Below, one piece after another: positions 1 to 7,372 of a stretch of 42,327 nucleotides of DNA. Below the pieces are notes generated by a model. It saw only the letters and a program-made list of their open reading frames with translations, was not told the origin of the DNA and ran no database searches. The position numbers and the translations under genes are program-made. Position 1 is the first letter of the stretch. Each line of letters begins with the position of its first letter. Origin of the DNA: an uncultured Candidatus Bathyarchaeia archaeon (GTDB lineage Archaea; Thermoproteota; Bathyarchaeia; TCS64); assembly GCA_964628765.1 (NCBI GenBank), contig CAZVMT010000002.1, forward strand, positions 1 to 42,327, in the 5' to 3' direction.

Positions 1-1
1 T

Positions 2-199
2 TACCTCCAATGTTCTTCTCCAATCTGGCAAACGACACTCAATAGGTATATCAAAAGATTCGGGTATAATGGGATTATAAGTCCAATCTAAACCTAAAAT
101 ACATCCTAAACTGCCACCCATTAAGTCCATATAACAATAAGGACAACCATTACAACTTTTTATTCTCGTTCCATTTAAATTTTTTATTATCATTATCAT
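2..199 (-). CDS. hypothetical Cys-rich protein; 3' end runs off the left edge of the window
   Basis: My translation from ATG 199 (or 193): MIMIIKNLNGTRIKSCNGCPYCYMDLMGG... The frame stays open to position 2. AAAGGA lies upstream. Confidence 0.4.
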   Translation of the reverse strand, partial: MIMIIKNLNGTRIKSCNGCPYCYMDLMGGSLGCILGLDWTYNPIIPESFDIPIECRLPDWRRTLEV

Positions 200-240
200 T
201 ATTTCCTTTTAACTAAATAAAATATAAATTGATAATTGCG

Positions 241-262
241 GGGCAGGGATTTCAACCTGCCC
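241..262 (-). terminator. GC-rich hairpin downstream of 286..1491, possible terminator
   Basis: GGGCAGG-8 nt-CCTGCCC stem-loop in an AT-rich context, 24 nt after the stop codon. The downstream tail is T-rich but is not a clean T-run. Confidence 0.35.
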
Positions 263-285
263 GTTGGAGTGTAAAAATGAAAAAA

Positions 286-1491
286 TTAATTAGCCTTTGC
301 CTTGCCTCTGGGGATTGCGTTATTAATCGAGCCTCCAGGCTTGCCCTCTTCAACTATTTCCTCATCATCTAATAAGCCGGTACTACCTTCCTTTAGTTCT
401 AATTTGCCGCCGCCTGCTATGTGCCGCGCTATTGCTAAATTCTCGGCTCTGGTCGGTTCGGCTTTAGTGGCTTTGAGTTTTTCTTCCCTTCTCTTTCTCT
501 CGCCTAAAATTAACTTCTCCTTACTACCCATCCACCAATCCCAAATATCTATAGCCTGTGATTTGGTTAATTTGCCCGGGTCCATTGCAGGTGTCATTTT
601 GCCGGGTGCTTTGATATCTGCTTTGGTTAATAAATGGCTATGAAGGAATCCTAATGATATAACGTGCAATTTTTCATTTTTAATACTATTTTCACATTTA
701 GGACACTTAAAGCCATATACCCTAATACCACAATCTTCACAAACAACCTCGCCATAAATTTGTTTCATCTGTATTTCACTAGGACGGTTGTTAGTTTCTG
801 GTGATATTGCTTTTTCTGTTACTGTTACAACTTCCGCTTCCTGTCCATTGCCCCCATTGTCTTTGTTGTTATGAGTAGTGGTTTTTTCATTCACTAAATA
901 TTCTTCCGGTAAATCCTCAACGTCCTGGGTAAATAATTCTGACAAACTACCTACTAATAAAGCGGCGTCTACTTCTGATCTCTTTTTAGCCATTTTCAAT
1001 ATAGTGTTAGCAATAGAACATATATCTTCATTTTCAACTCTATATTGTTTATAATCGCCATATTTACCGCTTTTTACTCTATATACTAAATCCTCTTTCT
1101 TTATATTATTAGGTAATTTTTTTTCACTTACCCATCTATATCTATACTTATCCTCTTTGGAACTGCATAGACCTATACCTTGACATATTAGATTTTCACC
1201 TGCCCACAAATTCCACCTTAACTCAAACTGAAAAAACTCCTTTTCCCAATCTTTGGTCTCGTCTAAAATATCAAAGGTAGAACGTAACTTACCCAACATA
1301 AATATTTTTTCAGCTCCTGATTTATATAATGTTGGTTTAGATGTTCCAGGAATTATCCCGTAATCTTTACCTTCTTTTAAATTTTCTTGAACCAATTTTT
1401 GCCATTGAGTTATTTTTTGCATAGTTTCTTTAAAAGTAGTAATATCAGCTTGATCAATTATTGATAAACTATTAACTTCATTCATTATCAT
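286..1491 (-). CDS. putative recombination (ssDNA-annealing-type) protein with an internal zinc ribbon
   Basis: 401-aa ORF in the same co-directional gene run as the PD-(D/E)XK nuclease at 1923..2594, two small ORFs away. The N-terminal motif KPTLYKSGAEKI resembles motifs I recall from phage recombinases, but the family is not identified. Contains CEDCG...CPKCEN. Confidence 0.35.
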   Translation of the reverse strand: MIMNEVNSLSIIDQADITTFKETMQKITQWQKLVQENLKEGKDYGIIPGTSKPTLYKSGAEKIFMLGKLRSTFDILDETKDWEKEFFQFELRWNLWAGENLICQGIGLCSSKEDKYRYRWVSEKKLPNNIKKEDLVYRVKSGKYGDYKQYRVENEDICSIANTILKMAKKRSEVDAALLVGSLSELFTQDVEDLPEEYLVNEKTTTHNNKDNGGNGQEAEVVTVTEKAISPETNNRPSEIQMKQIYGEVVCEDCGIRVYGFKCPKCENSIKNEKLHVISLGFLHSHLLTKADIKAPGKMTPAMDPGKLTKSQAIDIWDWWMGSKEKLILGERKRREEKLKATKAEPTRAENLAIARHIAGGGKLELKEGSTGLLDDEEIVEEGKPGGSINNAIPRGKAKAN

Positions 1492-1712
1492 TTTCCCCCT
1501 TTCATTTTTTCTGATAAATTAATTGCTATATTTAAACAATTTCCACAAACACCACTACCTAACATTGGATCACCGCATATAACACATTCAGAAGAATCAT
1601 CGGGCAAATAACCACCAGCACAATTATATTCATTACAATGTTTATTATAAAAAACAAGCCAAGTCCGTTCACTTGGATTTAATCTGCCCCAACCTTCCTT
1701 TGTATATTTCAT
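1488..1712 (-). CDS. small Cys-rich hypothetical protein
   Basis: 74-aa ORF with an ATGA-type overlap with its neighbour and several CxxC pairs. Confidence 0.55.
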   Translation of the reverse strand: MKYTKEGWGRLNPSERTWLVFYNKHCNEYNCAGGYLPDDSSECVICGDPMLGSGVCGNCLNIAINLSEKMKGGK

Positions 1713-1918
1713 TAAATCTCTCCTCCTAACCTTCCATTATTTTTTTGATATTCATACTTCTCATAACTCATTACAGAATCCCGCTTAAAGGCATACAAAT
1801 ATCCGTCAATGCCAGGACGTGAGTTTATATCCCGTTGCCTTCGCTGTAATATGCTTTCCTCTTCTTCTACGGTGTGGCCGTTGCCTCGTGAAAGTAATCT
1901 GGCTGTTCGTGTTGGCAT
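1712..1918 (-). CDS. hypothetical protein
   Basis: 68-aa ORF packed in the operon. Confidence 0.45.
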   Translation of the reverse strand: MPTRTARLLSRGNGHTVEEEESILQRRQRDINSRPGIDGYLYAFKRDSVMSYEKYEYQKNNGRLGGEI

Positions 1919-1922
1919 AATC

Positions 1923-2594
1923 TTATTTCCCCCTATTTAACTTATTGATTTCTTTACTCAACTGATATATCTTCAGGCAACTTAAAAACACTTCAAACTG
2001 CTTACTTAAATTAGTCATAGTTTTTGTTTCAAAGCCTTCTTCCTCATTTCTTCCTAACCGGAGTATGATACATTGATCAACCTTATTCCCTTCTTCCTCT
2101 AATAGATTTTTATAAGCAGCCAATTGATAAAACTGCTCTGTATAAATAGCCTTCCCGGTCTTGTAGTCTATCAGTGTGGGAACTCCATCAAGTAAACAGT
2201 AATTATCCAAAGTACCGCCATACTGATATTTCTCTGAAACAGACTGCTTCTCTAAAAATATACTTTCTATTTTGTGTCTTTCGTGCCAATCAAGATATTT
2301 TAAGAAACAAGTTTCGGCTAAATCAATTTGAGCCTGTGTAAAATAATCAGTATCCGGCTTTTCGTCTTTCTCATAAGATAGTGCCATTAAATGTGTAAGA
2401 GTACCGATATCAGCCTTATCGTCCCGGAATGCTTTATAATCAATCCCTTGTGTACCTAAATTCCACGCCCAATGGATAAGTGCTGGTTTATTAAGGATAC
2501 CTAAAGCAGTAGTAACTCCGGGAACTCTTACCCCTTCTTGATTCTTATAGACTGTGTGAACTTTAACTTTTTTACCATTAGCTACAGTAACCAT
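1923..2594 (-). CDS. PD-(D/E)XK (RecB/Cas4-like) exonuclease
   Basis: GTLD...LIDYKTGK (D...D/E-x-K) followed by YQLAAY (QxxxY), which is typical of RecB-family and Cas4-like phage exonucleases. Confidence 0.75.
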   Translation of the reverse strand: MVTVANGKKVKVHTVYKNQEGVRVPGVTTALGILNKPALIHWAWNLGTQGIDYKAFRDDKADIGTLTHLMALSYEKDEKPDTDYFTQAQIDLAETCFLKYLDWHERHKIESIFLEKQSVSEKYQYGGTLDNYCLLDGVPTLIDYKTGKAIYTEQFYQLAAYKNLLEEEGNKVDQCIILRLGRNEEEGFETKTMTNLSKQFEVFLSCLKIYQLSKEINKLNRGK

Positions 2595-2908
2595 TAAATT
2601 TCCCCCTTTATTTTTAAATTTTCTGCAAAATCAATCAAACTTAATCCTTCCTCAAAACTAACAATTTCATGAGTTGTCATACATTGTATATAACCAAGGC
2701 AATGGTACAAACTGTGAACCTTACACATTTCTTTAAGTAATTCCTTATAATAATCTATGCTAAATTTGGTTACCATTTCTTGTTTAGTTTTGAGCAAAGT
2801 TTGAATATTCTCAATTTCATGTTGATACTTTTTTGGTGTATACACATTGGAATACTTGATTTGTTCTAAAAACTCAATTGCTTTTTCAGTATTCATCTTT
2901 TCACTCAT
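2594..2908 (-). CDS. hypothetical protein
   Basis: 104-aa ORF with overlapping start/stop and an SD-like GGGGGA upstream. Confidence 0.5.
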   Translation of the reverse strand: MSEKMNTEKAIEFLEQIKYSNVYTPKKYQHEIENIQTLLKTKQEMVTKFSIDYYKELLKEMCKVHSLYHCLGYIQCMTTHEIVSFEEGLSLIDFAENLKIKGEI

Positions 2909-3132
2909 TTTTCATTCCCCCCCTTAATCTCTTCAAAATTATCTTCAAAGTATTCTTTCCTTACATACCGTTGGTCTTTATGGTCTTTAGGATTACGTTC
3001 TATCATCCCTACATCATTTGCTAACTTGTCAATATTACTTACACTTATATGTGTTAAATCTTCCCCACGTATGTAAGGTCTCATTTCCGCAAAGCTTGTT
3101 CTTCTATACTTTTTCCAATTCTCCATTTTCAT
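2905..3132 (-). CDS. hypothetical protein
   Basis: 75-aa ORF with SD AAGGGGGA upstream. Confidence 0.5.
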   Translation of the reverse strand: MKMENWKKYRRTSFAEMRPYIRGEDLTHISVSNIDKLANDVGMIERNPKDHKDQRYVRKEYFEDNFEEIKGGNEK

Positions 3133-3177
3133 TTCCCCCTTAATTATTTTTTTTCTCTACCAGTAAAATCTACCGTT

Positions 3178-3333
3178 TTAGTGTTTTATAAGCACACCCC
3201 CTTTCTTTTGTATTCGTTTAATAAATCTATGTTCTTTTATCTTTTCCTTAATCTTTAGCCAGGCTATCCGGGCTATCATCACTAAGAACAGTGCGAAAAT
3301 TATACTTAGTGCTATCATCATTTCTTGTGGCAT
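3178..3333 (-). CDS. small membrane protein (51 aa), not in the ORF track
   Basis: My translation: MPQEMMIALSIIFALFLVMIARIAWLKIKEK... It has a TAATG overlap with the upstream stop and one clear TM helix. Confidence 0.45.
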   Translation of the reverse strand: MPQEMMIALSIIFALFLVMIARIAWLKIKEKIKEHRFIKRIQKKGGVLIKH

Positions 3334-3575
3334 TATCTTGCCCTCTCATCTTTATAAACTAATCCATTTACGTTTAGTGAATTTCCTTGATTGGTAACTG
3401 CTTCTATTACAGAAGAAAGAACATTTGTAGTTAGGTTAAACTTACACAATTCCTCTGCAATTATTTCAAGTGCCTTCATTTTGCGATATTCGATTTCATG
3501 TTCAAGGACATTTCTAACTACCTCATAATCAACATTCTCATCTTTTACCTTTTTTAAATACTCTAAATTCTTCAT
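3333..3575 (-). CDS. hypothetical protein (start moved to internal ATG)
   Basis: AAAGGAGGAAAGAAA precedes ATG at 3575 (MKNLEYLKK...). The longer 3677 start would overlap the upstream gene. Confidence 0.5.
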   Translation of the reverse strand: MKNLEYLKKVKDENVDYEVVRNVLEHEIEYRKMKALEIIAEELCKFNLTTNVLSSVIEAVTNQGNSLNVNGLVYKDERAR

Positions 3576-3588
3576 TTTCTTTCCTCCT

Positions 3589-3771
3589 TTAATTAACCTC
3601 TCTCTTAAACTCGTAACCATTAACCTTAATCGTTTCGCCGTTATGAAGTTTGTAGTTGATCCAGCGATGATTAACAATATTGTTATTGACTTCCTGTAAG
3701 CGCTTAATCAGCTCGCCGAACTTGACGACCTTTCTTGTGTGATCCGCCGTGTTAGTCATAATGATTTTCAT
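3589..3771 (-). CDS. hypothetical protein
   Basis: 60-aa ORF with SD AAAGGAGGCG 7 nt upstream of the ATG. Confidence 0.5.
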   Translation of the reverse strand: MKIIMTNTADHTRKVVKFGELIKRLQEVNNNIVNHRWINYKLHNGETIKVNGYEFKREVN

Positions 3772-3792
3772 AAGATACGCCTCCTTTTTTAC

Positions 3793-3974
3793 AAGCCTCC
3801 GTTTAGGTCCTTGAGTTAGGAAGCAAAGCCTAAATCCCTAACACAACCTTGCGGAGGCTTGATTTATATTTGCCTGCCCTGACAGGATTCCCCACCCTGT
3901 ACCTGTTTCGTTGTTCTACCCAGATTAGCCCCCCAGCCACAACCTTGACTATCTTTCAAGCCACAGGGCAGGCA
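3793..3974 (-). ncRNA. candidate structured RNA or cis-regulatory leader with two domains
   Basis: 11-bp stem TGCCTGCCCTG/CAGGGCAGGCA (3871-3881 with 3964-3974) enclosing three sub-hairpins. A second 9-bp stem AAGCCTCCG/CGGAGGCTT (3793-3801 with 3852-3860) encloses duplicated TTAGG/CCTAA pairs. The 234-nt gap is GC-enriched in a packed AT-rich genome. Confidence 0.45.
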
Positions 3975-4005
3975 TGATTACAAAATAAAAAAAGCCCGAA
4001 CACAT

Positions 4006-4512
4006 CTACCTTAAACATGGTAAACATTCGGACTTTAAAATTTTTGATCCTTTAGAATGATTTTCTTCAGGCGTAATCAATCGTAAATTCTCTAAACCCC
4101 AGCATTCCTGAAATTCATAATCAGTGGGTTCTGAATAATTAAAAACTGAAATAGGCATAATATGATCGAGTTCGAGTTTTCCCTCTAAATAATCATTCCA
4201 TATATAACCTTTTGGTAAAGTTTCCCTTAAATGTTTTTTTAAATCTATAAGCGTATATCCAACATAAGATTCCCATTGGTAACCATTCTTATCATTTAAA
4301 ATACAAAACCTTATAATCCGATACATTCTTTTGGTAAGATTAAATTTTTTCTCATTCCAATATTTTTTAAAATAATAACCGTTATAATATTCTTTATTTT
4401 GCTGATAATAAATCTTGTTTTGTCCATCTTTTTTTGATTTATTTTTTTTGTTATATTCCTTACGATATTTTCTTAAGTGTTCTTGATTATTTTTTATCCA
4501 ATCTTGTTGCAT
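4006..4512 (-). CDS. HNH homing-type endonuclease
   Basis: LELDHIMPISVFNY...ENLRLITPEENHSKGSK (H-N-H core). The N-terminus is Lys/Tyr-rich with Y..N.E repeats, as in phage HNH proteins. Confidence 0.8.
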   Translation of the reverse strand: MQQDWIKNNQEHLRKYRKEYNKKNKSKKDGQNKIYYQQNKEYYNGYYFKKYWNEKKFNLTKRMYRIIRFCILNDKNGYQWESYVGYTLIDLKKHLRETLPKGYIWNDYLEGKLELDHIMPISVFNYSEPTDYEFQECWGLENLRLITPEENHSKGSKILKSECLPCLR

Positions 4513-4530
4513 TTAACAACCTCCTAAAAT

Positions 4531-4568
4531 AAAAAAACCGAGCATCTTTTTAAAGACACTCGGTTTTT
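4531..4568 (-). terminator. rho-independent terminator, bidirectional in shape
   Basis: 9-bp stem CCGAGTGTC/GATGCTCGG (with G-U pairs) followed by T7 on the minus strand and T5 on the plus strand. It lies after the Cro-like gene. Confidence 0.65.
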
Positions 4569-4657
4569 AAAGTTATTCAAATGTTCCCTATCTGCTTACA
4601 TCTGATAACATTTGTTGAACATACGATATATTATAGGACTATAAAAACCGAATGTCT

Positions 4658-4840
4658 TTATTTATTATCTTCTAAAAACTTAACAATATTAGCGATACTT
4701 GCATGGTTTTTGGGGACTGTCTTACTTTTTTTCCATCTCATATATGTGGCATGGTGAACTTTAAGTATAGCAGCCATCATTGTATCAGAATAGTGCTTGT
4801 TTTTTTGAACTTCGATTAACATTCTTATTGCTTTTTTCAT
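4658..4840 (-). CDS. Cro/Xre-like helix-turn-helix regulator
   Basis: MKKAIRMLIEVQKNKHYSDTMMAAILKVHHATYMRWKK... is an HTH-like stretch. AGGAGG lies 7 nt before ATG 4840 and a consensus promoter lies upstream. Confidence 0.55.
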   Translation of the reverse strand: MKKAIRMLIEVQKNKHYSDTMMAAILKVHHATYMRWKKSKTVPKNHASIANIVKFLEDNK

Positions 4841-4862
4841 TTCTCTTTGCCTCCTAATTAAT

Positions 4863-4890
4863 AGTATAAACCTTTTTTTGCAGTTGTCAA
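4863..4890 (-). promoter_or_regulatory. sigma70-type promoter
   Basis: On the minus strand: TTGACA (4890-4885), 16 nt, TATACT (4868-4863), about 20 nt upstream of the SD of 4658..4840. Confidence 0.6.
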
Positions 4891-5078
4891 GCATTATTTT
4901 AAAAATAAATGAAAATAATTTAAAATATTTTTAGCAGGGCAAAACTACACGCTGTAACCCTTTAGAATTACCATTTCGTTATTTAATGGATCTACGGTGC
5001 TCGTGGTGGCGTTTCTTGCTTTAGACATTATATCATAAGCAGGATTTGCAATATTTACAGGTATTTAGGCAAATATAG

Positions 5079-5182
5079 GGTATAAAAACAGAAATGGCCG
5101 GTATAACGAAAGAAGCCCGGCTTTTACACCGAGCTTCAATCGAGGAGGAAAAAATGAAGCTGGACATTATCCGGTCTCCAGC
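5079..5182 (-). terminator. two tandem terminator-like hairpins after 5200..5388
   Basis: GCTGGA-12 nt-TCCAGC followed by TTCATTTTTT (5149-5182), then GCCGG-15 nt-CCGGC followed by CATTTCTGTTTTT (5079-5121), read on the minus strand. Confidence 0.45.
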
Positions 5183-5199
5183 CGCCGGCTTTGGGGGGA

Positions 5200-5388
5200 T
5201 CATCTGCTATCTACAAATCTTTTTATCTCCTCTATCATCTGATCTTCGATTTCTTTACTTTTTAATTTTTCCCGTTGGTACTTTTTATATTCCTCTATTT
5301 CATCTTCATAAACTACATCAAGTCCTCGCTTCTTAAATTCACTTTCCACTTTAGCCAGTATTCCTATTTTAGCCAACTCAATCGCCAA
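5200..5388 (-). CDS. hypothetical acidic coiled-coil protein (TTG start in the ORF track)
   Basis: 62-aa ORF with a weak SD. Its composition looks like a real protein. Confidence 0.4.
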   Translation of the reverse strand: MAIELAKIGILAKVESEFKKRGLDVVYEDEIEEYKKYQREKLKSKEIEDQMIEEIKRFVDSR

Positions 5389-5432
5389 CCAAACAAAAGC
5401 ACTTACCTTGTCTTTTTTGGTCAGCTCTTTGG

Positions 5433-5606
5433 TTAGTTTTTTGGCTGAAATTCTTTTACCGAATCAATGACCATTTTAAATAGTTCATTGTCTATTGCAT
5501 TAGGGCTATTCGCTACGACATCTTCCAACTTACCTAATAGCTGAATAATGTAACCCTTGCCGCTACCGGCCAATGCTCTGATTACTAACAGGATTAAATC
5601 CTCCAT
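5433..5606 (-). CDS. hypothetical protein
   Basis: GAGGTG lies 6 nt before ATG 5606 (MEDLILLVIRALAG...). Confidence 0.45.
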   Translation of the reverse strand: MEDLILLVIRALAGSGKGYIIQLLGKLEDVVANSPNAIDNELFKMVIDSVKEFQPKN

Positions 5607-5637
5607 TATTATCACCTCACTTTCATTTTTTATTTTA

Positions 5638-5973
5638 TTACTTTACCTCAATTTCCTTAACGAAACTGGTCGGGCAATCTCCGTAAACTTTAATTATGTT
5701 ATCAAGGGTATGCCCGTCTGGATCAAACTCCACAACATCGCCAAGTAAGAACATTCGCCCGTCTGCATTCTTCCAGTAAACCCCTTCTACCTGCTCATCA
5801 CCTTCACAACCTGTCATACTCCATTCGTCCCAGTAAACATGATATTGTCCGCCTTCACAAACAATCGGAGTCTCTATTGGGGTAATAGGTTCTTCTGGGA
5901 CTTCAGGAACCAAAAGACAACCGGATAAAGCAAGCGCCATAATCACCGCTAATAGTATTATTAATTTCTTCAA
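5638..5973 (-). CDS. phage lipoprotein
   Basis: Signal peptide with lipobox: LKKLIILLAVIMALALSGC. AGGAGG lies 8 nt before TTG 5973; the track start at GTG 5982 abuts the SD. Confidence 0.6.
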   Translation of the reverse strand: MKKLIILLAVIMALALSGCLLVPEVPEEPITPIETPIVCEGGQYHVYWDEWSMTGCEGDEQVEGVYWKNADGRMFLLGDVVEFDPDGHTLDNIIKVYGDCPTSFVKEIEVK

Positions 5974-6349
5974 GTTAATCACCTCCTTTCCTATTTTTAT
6001 ATATAAACCTGCTTAATCGTGTCCTTAATCGTGCTTCTAATTATGAACTATCCGGTAATTCCGGATAACTTAAAATAGTCTCGACCATTATCGACTGTAG
6101 TCGAAATCTACCACGGTTGTAGTTAATATGGGTTGCCACCCCATAATCGATCATAAAGCGTCGACTACCCCACAATCTTAATATTGATAGTTAAATATGC
6201 AGGGTTACTGTAACGAAATAGTGTCGCTATTTGGTATAAACGTGTCCAGTTTCGTTACTGTATCATTACTCTATAAATGATTATTTAAACTATTTGCTGG
6301 TAGTGATAATAAGTAATTTCGTTATTATCATCTTGTGCAAATAATGCAC

Positions 6350-6589
6350 TTAATCAAAATATGCTAAAAACTTCTCTTCAAATTCTCTCCCTTTCTCGGT
6401 AAAATTATGATCCATCTGAAAGTCCTCAAAAATATCTAAAACAGAAAACTTAAAATCTTCTATAGCCTCTGCTTTTGTTTTCCCCGAACCGTATAAATTG
6501 AGGTCGGTACATTCAACAGTATAAAGTTTCGTGACGGTTACCTCGATAGACTTGTTTAATTGCAGCCCTTTAATTTTATTTATTAGCAT
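6350..6589 (-). CDS. hypothetical protein with HicB/UPF0150-like features
   Basis: LYGSGKTKAEAIEDFKFSVLDIFE resembles the G-x-T-x-EEA motif of HicB-fold proteins. Weak call. Confidence 0.4.
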   Translation of the reverse strand: MLINKIKGLQLNKSIEVTVTKLYTVECTDLNLYGSGKTKAEAIEDFKFSVLDIFEDFQMDHNFTEKGREFEEKFLAYFD

Positions 6590-6607
6590 ATTAAATCCCC
6601 TTCTTTA

Positions 6608-6760
6608 TCAATTAAACCAATTTTTCATCTCATAATATAGTTTAATCCCTCTGTATATATCGTATAAATAATAAAATGCTTTCATGAATATTACCCCAAC
6701 TATAAAGCCTCTCCAAAATAAAGGAATAGTTTTTATTGTTTCGGTTAAAAATTCAAACAT
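6608..6760 (-). CDS. small membrane protein (50 aa), not in the ORF track
   Basis: My translation: MFEFLTETIKTIPLFWRGFIVGVIFMKAFYYLYDIY... AAGGAG lies 7 nt upstream. Confidence 0.5.
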   Translation of the reverse strand: MFEFLTETIKTIPLFWRGFIVGVIFMKAFYYLYDIYRGIKLYYEMKNWFN

Positions 6761-6762
6761 AA

Positions 6763-6936
6763 TTAATCTCCTTTAAAATAAAGAATCTTTCCCAGCAAGT
6801 CTTGTTCCGTTTCAATGTTTTTAAAATATTCTTCCCGAAGCTTTTCCCAATAATCTTTCACTTCTTGCACCGTTTGCGGGTTGCTCGTGTTTAGCCACAA
6901 ATGAAATTTAGTAATTGTTCTTGTTAAAATATCCAT
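6763..6936 (-). CDS. hypothetical protein (57 aa), not in the ORF track
   Basis: My translation: MDILTRTITKFHLWLNTSNPQTVQEVKDYWEKLREEYF... AGGAG lies 8 nt upstream. Confidence 0.5.
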   Translation of the reverse strand: MDILTRTITKFHLWLNTSNPQTVQEVKDYWEKLREEYFKNIETEQDLLGKILYFKGD

Positions 6937-6966
6937 TTAATATACTCCTGATTATTATACTTACGT

Positions 6967-7149
6967 TTATATTAGAATTTTATTGTTGCGTATTTCTTCA
7001 GTTTTTAAACATAATTCAAGAAAAAACATTCTAAGCTCATTATCTATTCCTTCTATTTCTGCTAAAGAATATTGAATTGCTTTTAATTCCGATAAATTTA
7101 GACTTATATTAACTTCCATTACATCTGGTTTTATATATTGTAATTCCAT
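6967..7149 (-). CDS. hypothetical protein
   Basis: 60-aa ORF with AAAGGAGG 5 nt upstream. Confidence 0.5.
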   Translation of the reverse strand: MELQYIKPDVMEVNISLNLSELKAIQYSLAEIEGIDNELRMFFLELCLKTEEIRNNKILI

Positions 7150-7372
7150 AATAACCTCCTTTGTTTATCTTATTTACTGTGACAAGTCAGCCAAACCTTT
7201 CTTACCTGACAAACCCCGTTTTAAGTCAAATTGGGTGGTATTTCAAATATATGACAAAAGTGTCATCAACTGGTAAGAATATGTTACAAGTTGGACACAC
7301 TCCATCTTATGTATTATTTTGTCTATTATGATACGCAAACTATTTTGTATATATTCTATGGCACGCAAATGC

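Noticed and set aside
3333-3677. Long N-terminal extensions of track ORFs: 3333..3677, 4658..4894, 30269..30577, 33823..34044 and 37560..37958.
   Set aside because: Internal ATGs have strong SD sites at correct spacing, and the extensions overlap upstream genes. I used the shorter starts.
3772-4657. Group I intron, or a HEARO/IscB-type omega-RNA, as the explanation for the HNH gene plus flanking structured RNA.
   Set aside because: The flanking ORFs are independent genes with their own stops, SD sites and a terminator, so there is no split exon. The HNH protein is only 168 aa with no RuvC-like domain, so it is not IscB-like. I could not identify group I core elements (P7 and the G-binding site) by eye.
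5153-5336. Plus-strand ORF with a textbook SD (GAGGAGGAAAAAATG) encoding a hydrophobic peptide.
   Set aside because: The apparent SD is the complement of the T-run and flank of a minus-strand terminator hairpin (5149-5182). The ORF overlaps the better-looking minus gene 5200..5388, and I saw no plus-strand promoter. I keep it only as a remote possibility.
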